Positions 9,856 through 20,545 of a stretch of DNA of 57,962 nucleotides are shown piece after piece. The translations under genes and the position numbers were made by a program. Positions within the stretch are counted from its first letter, which is position 1; each line of letters starts with the position of its first letter. The stretch lies in the IMG/VR virus record IMGVR_UViG_3300036802_000312; one strand, 5' to 3'. The stretch is from an uncultured virus (IMG/VR IMGVR_UViG_3300036802_000312). Taxonomy: Duplodnaviria > Heunggongvirae > Uroviricota > Caudoviricetes. Below the pieces are notes generated by a model. The model ran no database searches. It saw only the letters and a list, made by a program, of their open reading frames with translations, and was not told where the DNA came from.

Positions 9856-10350
9856 TTAGATTTTTATCGTCAATGAACTTTTCAAAAAATGAGTTAGAAC
9901 AACGATGAATGTATACAACTTGAATTTATTATCTAACTCCACTGTGAATTCCTTGTTATTTTCATTAAATGATTTATATATTCGATCAGCTCCAAAGCCT
10001 TCACAATAGTGTGTTGACCATTCCTGGCTCCCATCAAAAAGACTCATGAAGTCGCAAGTAATGGGGATATGGGAAGAAACCGATACCTTCCAATCAGAAA
10101 AGTTATACCGTAACGTTAAAGTCAAGCCCAGTTTCTTAGCTTCAAATTGATATACGGGAAGTTTTATCGATTTAGAAACATGAGTGCTCACCACAGATCT
10201 TGATCGTTCAGCTTCATCAGAGGTATCAAATATAAGATAAGTGATTATATTTCTTATAAATATAATTTGATCCCAATAGCCCTCGTAATAATACATCTCT
10301 TTCGATGGTTCATTTTCAATTGCCCATTTTTGCAAATCAACTGGCTCCAT
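9856..10350 (-). CDS. phage-type hypothetical protein
   Basis: STHVSKSIKLPVY, RYNFSDWKVSV and YCEGF motifs. Confidence 0.65.
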   Translation of the reverse strand: MEPVDLQKWAIENEPSKEMYYYEGYWDQIIFIRNIITYLIFDTSDEAERSRSVVSTHVSKSIKLPVYQFEAKKLGLTLTLRYNFSDWKVSVSSHIPITCDFMSLFDGSQEWSTHYCEGFGADRIYKSFNENNKEFTVELDNKFKLYTFIVVLTHFLKSSLTIKI

Positions 10351-10400
10351 GTAAATCCGCCTTTCAATTTTGATTTTTCAATCATATTTCCTTACACCTA

Positions 10401-11042
10401 CTAATGAAATTTTTCAGACATCCAATTTCCAATTGTTTTTCTTACCGCTTTAGCCACCATTTCAGGAGTTTGATCAGCATCCACTCTTCGAATGCGATCT
10501 GGAAAACGTCCATGTAGCATACGGTATCCTTCTCTAACATCTTCATGAAACTTCATAGCTTCTAAATCTAATCGATTTACTTCTCTCTGAATATTCCGTG
10601 CAATTCGCTCCATTCCAATTTTAGGATCAATATCCAGCCAAATCGTTAGATCTGGCATACAATCTTGAATTGCAAAATGGTTAATCTCCAAAACATTATC
10701 AATTCCTAATCCACGAGCATACCCTTGATAAGCCAAACTACTGTCAACGAAGCGATCACATATAACGGTAACGCCTCTGTTTAACGCAGGAATCACCTTC
10801 TCAACCAAATGTTGTCGTCGAGCAGCCGCATAGAGAAGTGCCTCAGTGTGCTCATCCATTTCTTTATGATTGACATCAAGAATTACTTCACGGATCTTCT
10901 CTGCAATTGAAATTCCACCAGGTTCACGGGTTAGGATGCAAGTGTCACCGAGTTCCTCCACATACCGTTTGATTTCGCCAATAACAGAAGTCTTCCCAGC
11001 GCCTTCTCCACCTTCAATCGTAATGAATATACCTTTCTTCAT
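10401..11042 (-). CDS. tmk: thymidylate kinase
   Basis: [11 protein letters not shown]-loop, [23 protein letters not shown]. Confidence 0.96.
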   Translation of the reverse strand: MKKGIFITIEGGEGAGKTSVIGEIKRYVEELGDTCILTREPGGISIAEKIREVILDVNHKEMDEHTEALLYAAARRQHLVEKVIPALNRGVTVICDRFVDSSLAYQGYARGLGIDNVLEINHFAIQDCMPDLTIWLDIDPKIGMERIARNIQREVNRLDLEAMKFHEDVREGYRMLHGRFPDRIRRVDADQTPEMVAKAVRKTIGNWMSEKFH

Positions 11043-11154
11043 TTGTTAAATCCTCCATTTAAATTCGTTTAATTTTTAAACGCCTAATAGATATCACTTT
11101 GTATATGATAAGCTTTCAATTCAGCTTAATTCTAAAAACAATGAAATTATATCC

Positions 11155-11170
11155 ATTGCTTATTGTCAAC
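11155..11170. promoter_or_regulatory. palindromic operator copy 3 upstream of tmk
   Basis: ATTGCTTATTGTCAAC, directly downstream of a minus-strand TGTTATAAT. Confidence 0.6.
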
Positions 11171-11242
11171 ATTATAACATATTTCCTTATAGGTAAAACA
11201 AAAAAAAGAGGGGATTCCCCCCTCCTTTTCACACGAACTATT

Positions 11243-11725
11243 TTATTCTTTAAATATTAAAATTATCCTTCCCATTGTATCGACAAATGAAGTATCCAGC
11301 GTGAATCCATATAGCTCGTCTGCATCGATCACTTCTCCTGTTTTTGCATTGCGGATAACTTGTATCATAGCCGCGACCTCTGAATGTCCTACAAGATCAA
11401 TATACACTTCAAGAATAGGAGTTTTCGTTTTCACATATCTCATATTAATAATATAATTAAACACATATCTCAACCAATCTAATGGGTCAATTTCAGAAAA
11501 ATTAACAAATGCAGATTCCTTAATGAAACTATTTTTGGCTTCAACAGACACATCATTGTCATTAATTAGTTTGTCGATATCACTTAAAACTTGCTGTTTA
11601 TATTCCCGTGAAGTATTACGTATAAAATGATCTAATACTTCATAAGGATTTTTATGTTCAATTTTCCAATCCTGATGAAAATAAGATCTTAGAAATTGGT
11701 GGACTTCTTCATATTTATTGATCAA
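11243..11725 (-). CDS. CdiI-like immunity domain protein with a C-terminal extension
   Basis: YEEVHQFLRSYFHQDW...WL pattern typical of the CdiI_2 immunity family. Confidence 0.65.
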   Translation of the reverse strand: MINKYEEVHQFLRSYFHQDWKIEHKNPYEVLDHFIRNTSREYKQQVLSDIDKLINDNDVSVEAKNSFIKESAFVNFSEIDPLDWLRYVFNYIINMRYVKTKTPILEVYIDLVGHSEVAAMIQVIRNAKTGEVIDADELYGFTLDTSFVDTMGRIILIFKE

Positions 11726-11775
11726 AATAGTTCCTCCCTGTGTACTTTTTTGGATTTTCAACGTTATAAACTTTC

Positions 11776-12789
11776 TTATTCTGAACCCTCTAAATCAACA
11801 GAAGGAATCTCTACTTCAAATGCATCTCTAACAAAACTTCTTCCAACTCCAGAATTCAACCAACCAATTACTGTATCTGCAACGATTTCAGCCGTTTCAT
11901 TAGAACCGTAATTAACTGCTTCATAAACAGATTTTGAAATCAACTCTTCACTGTTATCTACTCTGAAAATAACATTCGTCAAAACGGTTTCACGATATTC
12001 ATCATTCCACACTTTTGCAATTTTTGAACGAACTGATGTTTCCGCATCTTTTCCCAAAATTTCCTTAAACATTTTCTTTCCATTTTCAGAAAGTTCAACT
12101 GGAACCTCAACTAATTTGATATCTACATCAAATACCTCTTGAAGAAAACGTCTGCCATTATCAGAATCCAGCCATGACACAGTGTAATTAGTTACAACAG
12201 AGGCGATTTCCGATTCGTTTTGAAGATTAAATCCCCACACCAACGATCTCGCAATCCCATCAGAAGGAGTTTGCTCACCTACAAGACCTTTCATGAAAGG
12301 ATTCTTGTAAGACTTCAACCATGTTTGTACAACCTTTGATCGCTCTCTACCATTTCTGTATTTAAACATATCTTTATTATTTGGATCAGAAGGATGTTTA
12401 ATTCGAATCATAGGAACACTCCCAGGGCAAAGTACCCACAATGACCTTGGAAGGACGTATTCAATAAGATCCAACCCGATAGCGAGGATAATTAATGCAT
12501 CACAAGTTTTATGAAGTCCTGTCCATAGATTTTGATCTTTGTCTTGACATACTTTTAAAAATGAAAGACCTTTAATTGAATCAATTTCCGATGGAAGATT
12601 TGAAATCATCGACGCGACTTCATCTCTATGAGAAGCTAATCGCTCAGGGTGCAATCCAAGTGTAATTGTCACACCTTCTATCTTTACACAAGGAATAATT
12701 GGTTTACCATCAATAACTTCGTCATCTTTATAAAAGGAATCACTCAATATTTTATCTACTCGACCTGGATTAATTAACATTTTCATCAT
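11776..12789 (-). CDS. multidomain phage-type protein with an internal duplication
   Basis: N-terminal GLHPERL..WTGLH domain; two copies of a TVxxWLxSxxGRxF motif. Confidence 0.7.
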   Translation of the reverse strand: MMKMLINPGRVDKILSDSFYKDDEVIDGKPIIPCVKIEGVTITLGLHPERLASHRDEVASMISNLPSEIDSIKGLSFLKVCQDKDQNLWTGLHKTCDALIILAIGLDLIEYVLPRSLWVLCPGSVPMIRIKHPSDPNNKDMFKYRNGRERSKVVQTWLKSYKNPFMKGLVGEQTPSDGIARSLVWGFNLQNESEIASVVTNYTVSWLDSDNGRRFLQEVFDVDIKLVEVPVELSENGKKMFKEILGKDAETSVRSKIAKVWNDEYRETVLTNVIFRVDNSEELISKSVYEAVNYGSNETAEIVADTVIGWLNSGVGRSFVRDAFEVEIPSVDLEGSE

Positions 12790-12991
12790 CCTTTTTTATA
12801 TAGTTTAGTGGATAACACCATTCGATTAACAAGTAATCAACTTTAACTTATCAATATTTTTTCTATGTGATTACACATCTCCTATTTCATTAGACCTATT
12901 ATCTATTAATATAGATTTTCATAAGTACATGTAATCGTAGACTTTCCCATTATAAAAAGAATAGGAAGAGAGCATCCTCTTCCTTAATTCT

Positions 12992-13156
12992 TCATCCTAA
13001 TACTTGATCCTTTTTTATGTTGCGACTTTTCCTCACTTTTCGAATCCACATTTCACAGTCTGTACAAGGGTAATGTCCTACTTCTAAAGGACTCCCTATA
13101 TAACCAGTATCATCACAGTATTTACATGCTACTTCCGAAGAAATGATTGCTGTCAT
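12992..13156 (-). CDS. 54-aa zinc-finger protein, not in the ORF track
   Basis: AGGAGG SD; CKYCDDTG...PCTDC. Confidence 0.65.
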   Translation of the reverse strand: MTAIISSEVACKYCDDTGYIGSPLEVGHYPCTDCEMWIRKVRKSRNIKKDQVLG

Positions 13157-13167
13157 ATATATGCCTC

Positions 13168-13554
13168 CTAACTGATATATGTGTTATTAACATTGTCATA
13201 GAGTCGTTTTTTGAAAGCATCATCTACATCTCCAGATTGACTAATAAACATTAGAATCTCTTCCTTCAATTCTTCCCGCTTTTTATTCCTTTCAATTAAC
13301 GTTGGATCATTTTTACAAGTATAATATTTATTGATTTCAGTCATTCCGAAGTTTGGAATATACGAAAGAACCAACCCGCAAATGAATTTTCGATGTTCCC
13401 ACTTACCACCATTTACATGCTCTCTTACCTTTGGGTTACAACCATACTTTTCTACTTCAACTGATTCTTCAATTACAACGTGTGTTCCGCATATCGGACA
13501 TTTGTCTTCTCTCAAGGATACCAACTGTAATCCTTTATCAGAAAGTGTAAGCAT
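13168..13554 (-). CDS. hypothetical zinc-ribbon protein
   Basis: CPICG, FICG; AGGAG SD. Confidence 0.65.
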   Translation of the reverse strand: MLTLSDKGLQLVSLREDKCPICGTHVVIEESVEVEKYGCNPKVREHVNGGKWEHRKFICGLVLSYIPNFGMTEINKYYTCKNDPTLIERNKKREELKEEILMFISQSGDVDDAFKKRLYDNVNNTYIS

Positions 13555-13630
13555 GGCTTTTCATCGCTCCTATTTCATTAAGATCTGTTGTAAATCGGAT
13601 TAGTCGAAAAAAACTGCCCGACTTCATATG

Positions 13631-13891
13631 CTATTTCAAGCCTATTTCCTTGTTATTTGCCACCGTAAACAACTTATACTTTTCTCTTAACGCTCCCTTT
13701 GTTATCATCATATTAAAATCGAATTGATGATGCTTTTTACCATCGACACAGACTAAAACATCATTTAAATTCTTAATGTAAAAACCTGGAGCGTAATCTT
13801 TACCTCGAATAAATCCTTCTCCATTTAAACATTTCTCAATCGCATCTTGAAAAGACAAATTATATTCAATTTCTTCTTTTATATCTCTCAT
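13631..13891 (-). CDS. phage-type hypothetical protein (possibly DUF2829-like)
   Basis: YNLSFQDAIEKCLNGEGFIRG; AAGGAG SD. Confidence 0.6.
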   Translation of the reverse strand: MRDIKEEIEYNLSFQDAIEKCLNGEGFIRGKDYAPGFYIKNLNDVLVCVDGKKHHQFDFNMMITKGALREKYKLFTVANNKEIGLK

Positions 13892-13977
13892 ATCAGTTCT
13901 CCTTTTATATGTTAATTATTAACTTAAAAAATCAGGAATCTATATACCCAACTCCGATCATGAAAGATTCAACCTTT

Positions 13978-14187
13978 CTATGATGCTTGGTGAGCCACAT
14001 ATGAAACATAGAGGGAATAATCTTCTACACTTCCGAATTCTTCAATCAATTCTTTCTCAGACTTCACTTGGTAACCTGAGAGTGCAAATGATTCCTTAAC
14101 GGTCTGAGGATCCCAAACAACAAATTGTTCAACACTTGTTAGTTGTGCTTGTAGCTCTGCCAATTTAATTGCCACACCTTTCCTCAT
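13978..14187 (-). CDS. hypothetical protein
   Basis: ORF with GAGGGGG SD. Confidence 0.55.
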   Translation of the reverse strand: MRKGVAIKLAELQAQLTSVEQFVVWDPQTVKESFALSGYQVKSEKELIEEFGSVEDYSLYVSYVAHQAS

Positions 14188-14216
14188 TAACTTCCCCCTC
14201 TCTGTTTAAATGTGAT

Positions 14217-14750
14217 TTAAGCCGCTTCATTTGCTATTCGATATAAAATATTTAATAGTTCTGCTGTTTTTGTCTCAATAAGAACCTTTCTTTCTTCCAG
14301 ATGAGCTTTCTCATGAAGATTGCCTTTACTTTCTTCCAAATAAACTTCTGCTTCTTTTCGAGTGAAAAATGTTTCCATATCGAACGGAATAAAGTCATAC
14401 ATAACCTTACGAAAATGAAGTACTGTAATGATAAATTTTTCAAAAAGATTATCATATTCCCCTTCAGATTCAATGTTATCCCACTTGAAATCTTCTAATA
14501 AATCTTCGTCGGCTAAGAATCTTTCAAAATTCCATCGCTGACTTGCCTGAATAAACTTTTTAATTTCAATCAATGAATTAAAAGATAGAGAGGATTCAGA
14601 ATCTAAATAAGCAACTGTGCCGTTTACAAGTTCAGGTACTTCAACTTTCTTGTAGTTAACCACTACATATAAACTTGGATGCTTCAATTCACTCCTTAAC
14701 TCATTTTTCAAATCAAATAAACATGACAATTCCTTTTCTGTAAAAATCAC
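14217..14750 (-). CDS. hypothetical protein
   Basis: Probable GTG start after AAAGGA; a SigE-like element lies upstream at 14784-14820. Confidence 0.6.
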   Translation of the reverse strand: MIFTEKELSCLFDLKNELRSELKHPSLYVVVNYKKVEVPELVNGTVAYLDSESSLSFNSLIEIKKFIQASQRWNFERFLADEDLLEDFKWDNIESEGEYDNLFEKFIITVLHFRKVMYDFIPFDMETFFTRKEAEVYLEESKGNLHEKAHLEERKVLIETKTAELLNILYRIANEAA

Positions 14751-14969
14751 ATTTACCATCCTTTCTATAAATGTTTCTATATAAAACAACTGATATATAA
14801 GATTCCCATTATCATATGCACAAGAGATCTCATTCAAAAGAAAATAAATAGAGAGCATACGAACCCTCTGGTATCAAGCTATGTTGTTAGTTATGTAACG
14901 AAATTGAAAGCGGCTAAAAAATCAGAAGGAATTATTTCATCCTTCTTTGGGAATCCCCTATGTGAATAA

Positions 14970-15542
14970 TTAATTTAAAACAAATCTTTCTTTTTTTATT
15001 TCTACGAACACATACTTCTTTTTAAATTCTTTAATAGCAAATTTTCCGCCGTCTAAGTTAATAAGCTTCTTAGTATATTTCATGCATTTACACTCTGTGA
15101 AATAATTCCGTTTAAATGTAATTGTATTATACGAAGGATTAAAGAATTGTTCAGGCGTTTCTCTCAAATTCCCAATTATATTAAAAAAATCATTGGGATG
15201 AATTGCATATAGTCCTTCTTTTGTCGCTACTACATATCCTGGTGCGATATATTTCACAACTCCAAGTACACCTCTGCCCAAAATTTGATTTCTACCGTTT
15301 TTTTGAATGACAACAAGTTCAACAATATCCTCTACATATAAAGGTTTTTTGGCTTGATCACTCATTTCAGTGTAGTCATTTATAACCATTATTTTACTTT
15401 GTTCCAATTGTTCAATCGATGATATTTTTTCTCCCTGATTTGTCTCTAATATCGGATAAATTTCACCTGACTTTTCTACAACGACATGATTCAAATATTT
15501 GCCCTTTTCAATATCCCATATCCGAACTTTTTTTGATTTCAA
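14970..15542 (-). CDS. YopX-family protein
   Basis: KVRIWD, YTEMSDQ..KPLYVEDIV, IIGNLRETPE. Confidence 0.75.
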   Translation of the reverse strand: MKSKKVRIWDIEKGKYLNHVVVEKSGEIYPILETNQGEKISSIEQLEQSKIMVINDYTEMSDQAKKPLYVEDIVELVVIQKNGRNQILGRGVLGVVKYIAPGYVVATKEGLYAIHPNDFFNIIGNLRETPEQFFNPSYNTITFKRNYFTECKCMKYTKKLINLDGGKFAIKEFKKKYVFVEIKKERFVLN

Positions 15543-15805
15543 AATGATCTCCCCATTCTTTTGCTACTCATATATTAATGCTTGATTTTCTTTTTACTTT
15601 TAAAAATGTTTAAAAAAACCCCAGTTAGCTGATCATCTTTTGTATTATATACATCAATCTTCGAAGATATAGAAATAATGAAATCATTTTTCGTAAAAAC
15701 GCACCTTTTTAATAATGGATTTTTTTGAAATGAGTTCAAAGTGCATATACTATCATGAACTGCAAAACTTAGTTAATTTTTTTATAAATTATTTTCATAA
15801 GGAGG

Positions 15806-16048
15806 ATGGATGCAATGTTTCTTCCATCAGAACGTAGAAATGAAATTGTTGAAATGTTGAAAAAAGAATTCCCCAAAGGAACAGATGTTAAGTTGTTACG
15901 AATGAGTGATTCTTATGAAGAACTTCCCATTGGCACCAAAGGAAAAGTACGTTTAGTTGACGATTTGGCAACGATTCATGTTGATTGGGATAACGGAAGT
16001 AGTTTGGGAGTCGTTTATGGAGTAGACGAAATAGAAAAGGTTTCATAA
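15806..16048 (+). CDS. DUF4314-family protein
   Basis: FPKGTxVxL..M.D...P.GTKG.V..VDD...IHVxWDNGSSLGVVYGVD. Confidence 0.85.
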   Translation: MDAMFLPSERRNEIVEMLKKEFPKGTDVKLLRMSDSYEELPIGTKGKVRLVDDLATIHVDWDNGSSLGVVYGVDEIEKVS

Positions 16049-16248
16049 CAAAATTTCATAGAGTGTGTCCTTAACGAATTAAGTAGGAAAGAGGAATGCA
16101 CAATGCAGGCAGCATGTCGGATAAAATCCCAAACATACTATTTTCATTTCATGTAGTGCAAGAATGGGTAGTAAAAAAGCATTGTGATTTTTCTATAAAA
16201 TGTTGATATTACAGGCTACAACATGTACCCTATAGATACCATTGGGAT

Positions 16249-16773
16249 ATGTTCCGTTTAACAGAAAGAATCAGTTGTACAATAAAATTTAGATTTGAAG
16301 GGATGATTATTTTGTATAAGGAAAAAACCGAGAATATTTTGGTATTAAGACCAACCATGACCAAGGAGGAAATGTTTCAACTTTTACTTCAACGGGGTTA
16401 TGTAGGCGAAGATGATAAAGATCACTTGGAACGCATCACAAAATCAGCCAGAGAACTACATTATCGAAGAGTAGATATTGAAGGAGATATACAGTTTGTA
16501 AAACCTGTATTTTCTCCCACAGATATTAAAGCGCTAATGTGGATTCAAGAACATAATGGATCTGTCCTCTTCCAACAAGGATATATTAGATTCAATGAAG
16601 ACGGATCCATTAACGAACACATGGTTTGTCCATTTCAAGATTATGTTATCGTTGAAATTGGATTTAAAAAAATAACCGCAAAAACGATCACTGAAGCGAC
16701 ATTGCGTCTTCAAGAAGGTTATTTTGGAACAAAATGGTCTAAAGAATTACAAGCTGAACTATATCGAGATTAA
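16249..16773 (+). CDS. hypothetical protein (start probably downstream)
   Basis: Long ORF; GAAGGGA SD near 16297. Confidence 0.6.
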   Translation: MFRLTERISCTIKFRFEGMIILYKEKTENILVLRPTMTKEEMFQLLLQRGYVGEDDKDHLERITKSARELHYRRVDIEGDIQFVKPVFSPTDIKALMWIQEHNGSVLFQQGYIRFNEDGSINEHMVCPFQDYVIVEIGFKKITAKTITEATLRLQEGYFGTKWSKELQAELYRD

Positions 16774-16786
16774 AAAAGGAGTTCCT

Positions 16787-17068
16787 ATGAAAAAATACGA
16801 TAAAAAACTGGGTGAATCATTGGGATGGATGGAAGAACAATTGAATGTTACACCGAAGTTTAAGTGGAGAGAAACTTTCAAAGCCAATCTGGATGAGTAT
16901 AAAATTCATGATGGAAAAACTTTTCAAGTGTTAGCTGAGATTACGGATGATGCACTTCGGGATGAAACGCAGTATGGATATGTTCGCGTCTACTCCATTC
17001 GTTTGGATGACGGAACGATTATTCAAGCTTTTGAAGATGAAGTGGAAGAGCTTCCTAAGAACATATAG
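16787..17068 (+). CDS. hypothetical protein
   Basis: AAGGAG SD plus MKKYDKK; followed by a terminator. Confidence 0.6.
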   Translation: MKKYDKKLGESLGWMEEQLNVTPKFKWRETFKANLDEYKIHDGKTFQVLAEITDDALRDETQYGYVRVYSIRLDDGTIIQAFEDEVEELPKNI

Positions 17069-17115
17069 ATATAACCTAAAAAAACGAACCCCACATATGT
17101 GAGAGTTCGTTTTTA

Positions 17116-17295
17116 TTATTTTGATTCATTTGCCTCAATGATTTTAGTGAAATATTTAGAGTAGAAATTCTCAACCACTAAATTTAATGCGTTTTCTCGT
17201 GTATGTTCATCTCCAGGAAACGAATAATTAAGAAATACAACAATCTCTTCCAACTTTTTTTCTCTAATTATCGTATTCAAATCCAATTCACTCAT
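17116..17295 (-). CDS. 59-aa small protein, not in the ORF track
   Basis: AAGGAGG SD; MSELDLNTIIREKKLEE...ANESK*. Confidence 0.6.
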   Translation of the reverse strand: MSELDLNTIIREKKLEEIVVFLNYSFPGDEHTRENALNLVVENFYSKYFTKIIEANESK

Positions 17296-17370
17296 AGATA
17301 TCCTCCTTAAAATGCAATCCAGAATACATATAGCTTCTCTGTTTATAAGCTTTATAACGCTTTTTTTGAT

Positions 17371-18276
17371 TTATTCGCCAAATGAATTGAAAATGTCTTC
17401 GATAACTGATTTCACTATATTTGGCTTAACCAATAAGAGGTGATTGTCTTCATACATTTTCAGTTTCGAATTACGAATGTTCTCATTGAGAATGTGCTGA
17501 AATTTAACTTCTCCAACAATGTCTTCTGTTCCACTAATAATTAATGTTTTCGACTCGATTTTATTCAAATCATCTTGAATATTGTAATTTTCAGGTAAAA
17601 TAGCAAAGACATCTTGCACCATGACCTCTGGTGAAGAAGTTAATTTCTCGTAATAAGACATAACCTCGTTACGGTTTTCTTCTGAAATGTTTGTTTGAAG
17701 GCTATCTAAAACTATTCCTTGAAACACCGTTTTAACGAATTTTTCTTGTGTAAATTCAGGTACGTTTTCACCCAAGTCTTTAATGGAATTCCAAATTGGA
17801 GAACTATTTAACAGTGTTAATTCATCAATACCAACACCTTTCAAATCAAGCAACATACCAATAGAACCGCCCATGCTCCAACCAATCCAATTTAACTTTC
17901 CTTGGATTTTTTGATCTTTCTTCATAATCCCTATGAAATCACTCATAACTTCTGCGTAAGTATGAACTGTAGCCGTTTTTACACTTTCCGTGCTGGTTGA
18001 TTCTCCATGCCAAGGCTGGTCTACAAGAATGATTCGGCTATTAGGATATTTATTAGCCAGATCTACGGCTAATACTTTCATAAAGTTTGCCGTACCAAAA
18101 GCTCCATGAGATAGGATAAATGTTCGTTTTGGATTTGAATGACCTTCTCTAATTTTGTAATGGATCGTATGACTCCCAACGTCTTCAAATTTGGATTCAA
18201 AACTATTCATGATACCAGTTTCAAATTTTAAGGATGGTTCTAATTTTTCATTTTTTTCAATGTTATTCATAATCAT
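17371..18276 (-). CDS. alpha/beta hydrolase
   Basis: HG oxyanion motif, DxPWHGES, GWSMGG nucleophile elbow, GTED acid and C-terminal His. Confidence 0.9.
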   Translation of the reverse strand: MIMNNIEKNEKLEPSLKFETGIMNSFESKFEDVGSHTIHYKIREGHSNPKRTFILSHGAFGTANFMKVLAVDLANKYPNSRIILVDQPWHGESTSTESVKTATVHTYAEVMSDFIGIMKKDQKIQGKLNWIGWSMGGSIGMLLDLKGVGIDELTLLNSSPIWNSIKDLGENVPEFTQEKFVKTVFQGIVLDSLQTNISEENRNEVMSYYEKLTSSPEVMVQDVFAILPENYNIQDDLNKIESKTLIISGTEDIVGEVKFQHILNENIRNSKLKMYEDNHLLLVKPNIVKSVIEDIFNSFGE

Positions 18277-18365
18277 TCCCCTTTTTTTAGCTATTTTTTT
18301 TGAATAATAAATGATAGTTTACTTGCAAAAAATATATTCCAAAAAAAGGGTTGAGGTTCATCCGT

Positions 18366-19091
18366 TCAAATTAAAGGAATATCTCTTAAATCAAAAATAG
18401 TTGCATCAATACCATCGAGGATATAGATATCATCATGCTTTCCTACAGCATGGTTTCCAAAGCTATTTAGCCGTATTGATGGAAAGCGATCAACAAGTAA
18501 ATTACGAAGAAGCATTCGATTATTTAAAGTGTCCAAAACAACAAGTCCTGTCCCTTCAATTTCTTTTATTTCGTATCCATTTTCTTTAATTTGTTTGATA
18601 TATTGATCTTTAGTTAAGTGTCTTCGGGTAGAAGTTATACCCGATGAATAGCCATTATTCAGCATAAAACAAAATTTCATAGCAGCCGATCCACCTGAAT
18701 AAAAACGAAAATCACTCACAAAATCAAATCCATCGCTTTTCCACCATTCGCTTACAATGTTACTGAGTTGATTCAGTTGCTCTTTCAATCCTTCAATTGG
18801 TTTCAATGAAGCGATCATTTGCTCCAATTCATAATTTCGATTCTTAACATCACGTATTTCATGGTATCGTTCATCTCGTTCTTTGATCAAATGTGTTTCG
18901 TAACCAAGGATTTTTGCTATATCTGTATATTGAAATTCAACTAAACCTACCATGTCTCCAACCATACTCAACGTCAATGAATCTTGTTCAATCCATTTAG
19001 AAATTTGCGCAGATGTACGAATGATATCCTTCAATTCATTCAATACTGTTTTCTTCTGATCAATATTCAATTTCACAATTTTCTCTGTCAT
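18366..19091 (-). CDS. hypothetical coiled-coil protein
   Basis: Start MTEKIV after AAGGAGG. Confidence 0.65.
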   Translation of the reverse strand: MTEKIVKLNIDQKKTVLNELKDIIRTSAQISKWIEQDSLTLSMVGDMVGLVEFQYTDIAKILGYETHLIKERDERYHEIRDVKNRNYELEQMIASLKPIEGLKEQLNQLSNIVSEWWKSDGFDFVSDFRFYSGGSAAMKFCFMLNNGYSSGITSTRRHLTKDQYIKQIKENGYEIKEIEGTGLVVLDTLNNRMLLRNLLVDRFPSIRLNSFGNHAVGKHDDIYILDGIDATIFDLRDIPLI

Positions 19092-19129
19092 TAGAATCCC
19101 TCCTTTTATATGTGATTCTACCGCCTTAC

Positions 19130-19318
19130 TTAATACATCCTTATGATACTTATTAAAGATCCGACGATTAAAGCAACTCCTATAATAAACACACCAAAAG
19201 TTGCTCCAGGGTAACGATTTTCCTTCTCTTTGATAGATAAATAAGTAATGTAACAAAGAAATACTCCTATTAATGCCATGATTATAGAAACAATTAGCAT
19301 GATATTTAGTCCTTTCAT
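19130..19318 (-). CDS. small two-TM membrane protein
   Basis: Hydrophobic ORF. Confidence 0.55.
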   Translation of the reverse strand: MKGLNIMLIVSIIMALIGVFLCYITYLSIKEKENRYPGATFGVFIIGVALIVGSLISIIRMY

Positions 19319-19359
19319 TTTGTAAATGATTAAAACCTAAAATGGAAAATAATGATTTT

Positions 19360-19860
19360 TTAATGCTTTATATAGATCACAATTTCGATTTCTTCAACAG
19401 AAGATAATACCTCTGTATATATTGAAAGAACATCTTCTACATTTAATCCACCTGTACCCGTTCCAAGAAGTGGAATTGCCACAGAGGAAGCATTTAGTAA
19501 TTTTGCTTCTTGAACGATCATAGGAAGCAATGATCTTACGGTTTGTAGCGATGTTCTCATGCCAGGATAAGGCATCGTTACTGCATGAATAATCCAAAAA
19601 GCTGAAAGGTTTCCTGCGCTTGTAACGTACAATTCACCAGATTTATGTCCTCTAAACAAGCTTGGTATCCATTTAATTTTCCTTGATTTTTTCTTCGCTT
19701 CTTTTTCGACAATCCCTCTTGTTCTATAATGAATCGATTCAGCAACTCCAGGGAGCTTACTGAGTCGTCCAAATATCCCACCCATAAAACCTAATCCGTT
19801 TGCTGCATTAACGATTACATCAGCATTTGCTTTTGTAATATCTCCATAAATGATTTCCAT
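19360..19860 (-). CDS. macrodomain (ADP-ribose binding/hydrolase) protein
   Basis: GDIT..ADVIVNAAN.LG.MGG, IIHAVTM, SVAIPLLGTGTGGL. Confidence 0.92.
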   Translation of the reverse strand: MEIIYGDITKANADVIVNAANGLGFMGGIFGRLSKLPGVAESIHYRTRGIVEKEAKKKSRKIKWIPSLFRGHKSGELYVTSAGNLSAFWIIHAVTMPYPGMRTSLQTVRSLLPMIVQEAKLLNASSVAIPLLGTGTGGLNVEDVLSIYTEVLSSVEEIEIVIYIKH

Positions 19861-19873
19861 GTTAATTCCTCGT

Positions 19874-20389
19874 TTAATTTATGATGTTTTTCTTTTCTAC
19901 CGTAAAAACTTCAAGGTAAATATTATCTGGTAATTCGGATTTTTTTTCTATCAATTTAGCCTTTTCTTGATCATTTTTAACATGAATATTTAACCTTCCG
20001 ACAGCTCGACCTTTAGATATATATATTTTAGGTTTATATTGATCGACTTGAATAAATGGAAACTGCTCTAACCATGCTATACATTGCGTTCGCTTGATGT
20101 GTATATCCTCATTTCTCCTTTTTTCTTTTGATTTAAAAGCTAATCGTTTCGGGAATGTAATGATGATTAAGAAAAGAAACGAAACGAATATTCCCACATA
20201 AAAACCAGGGCGAATAATCGAAAATAAAATATCATGTCGATATGTCTCAAATGAAATTTTATTCCACTTAGCATGAATGAGGCAGATCAAACAATACAAA
20301 ATTCCAATTGGAAATAATAGAATAATAAAAGGTATAGCGAAGACCCAGAGCAAAGGCTCCGGTACAAAATTAGCGCGATGAAAATTCAT
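19874..20389 (-). CDS. membrane protein
   Basis: Two TM segments plus a soluble C-terminus. Confidence 0.6.
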   Translation of the reverse strand: MNFHRANFVPEPLLWVFAIPFIILLFPIGILYCLICLIHAKWNKISFETYRHDILFSIIRPGFYVGIFVSFLFLIIITFPKRLAFKSKEKRRNEDIHIKRTQCIAWLEQFPFIQVDQYKPKIYISKGRAVGRLNIHVKNDQEKAKLIEKKSELPDNIYLEVFTVEKKNIIN

Positions 20390-20545
20390 GAATTACCCTC
20401 CACTTTAAATATAGGATATTAATTATATGTTCATAAATTGCATGATGTAGAATTCCCTCATGAATTGGAATTATCACTGTTCACAAGGAAATTCATTTTA
20501 AGATGATCTTTATAGTCATTGTTATTCTGAAACAAACAATTCACA

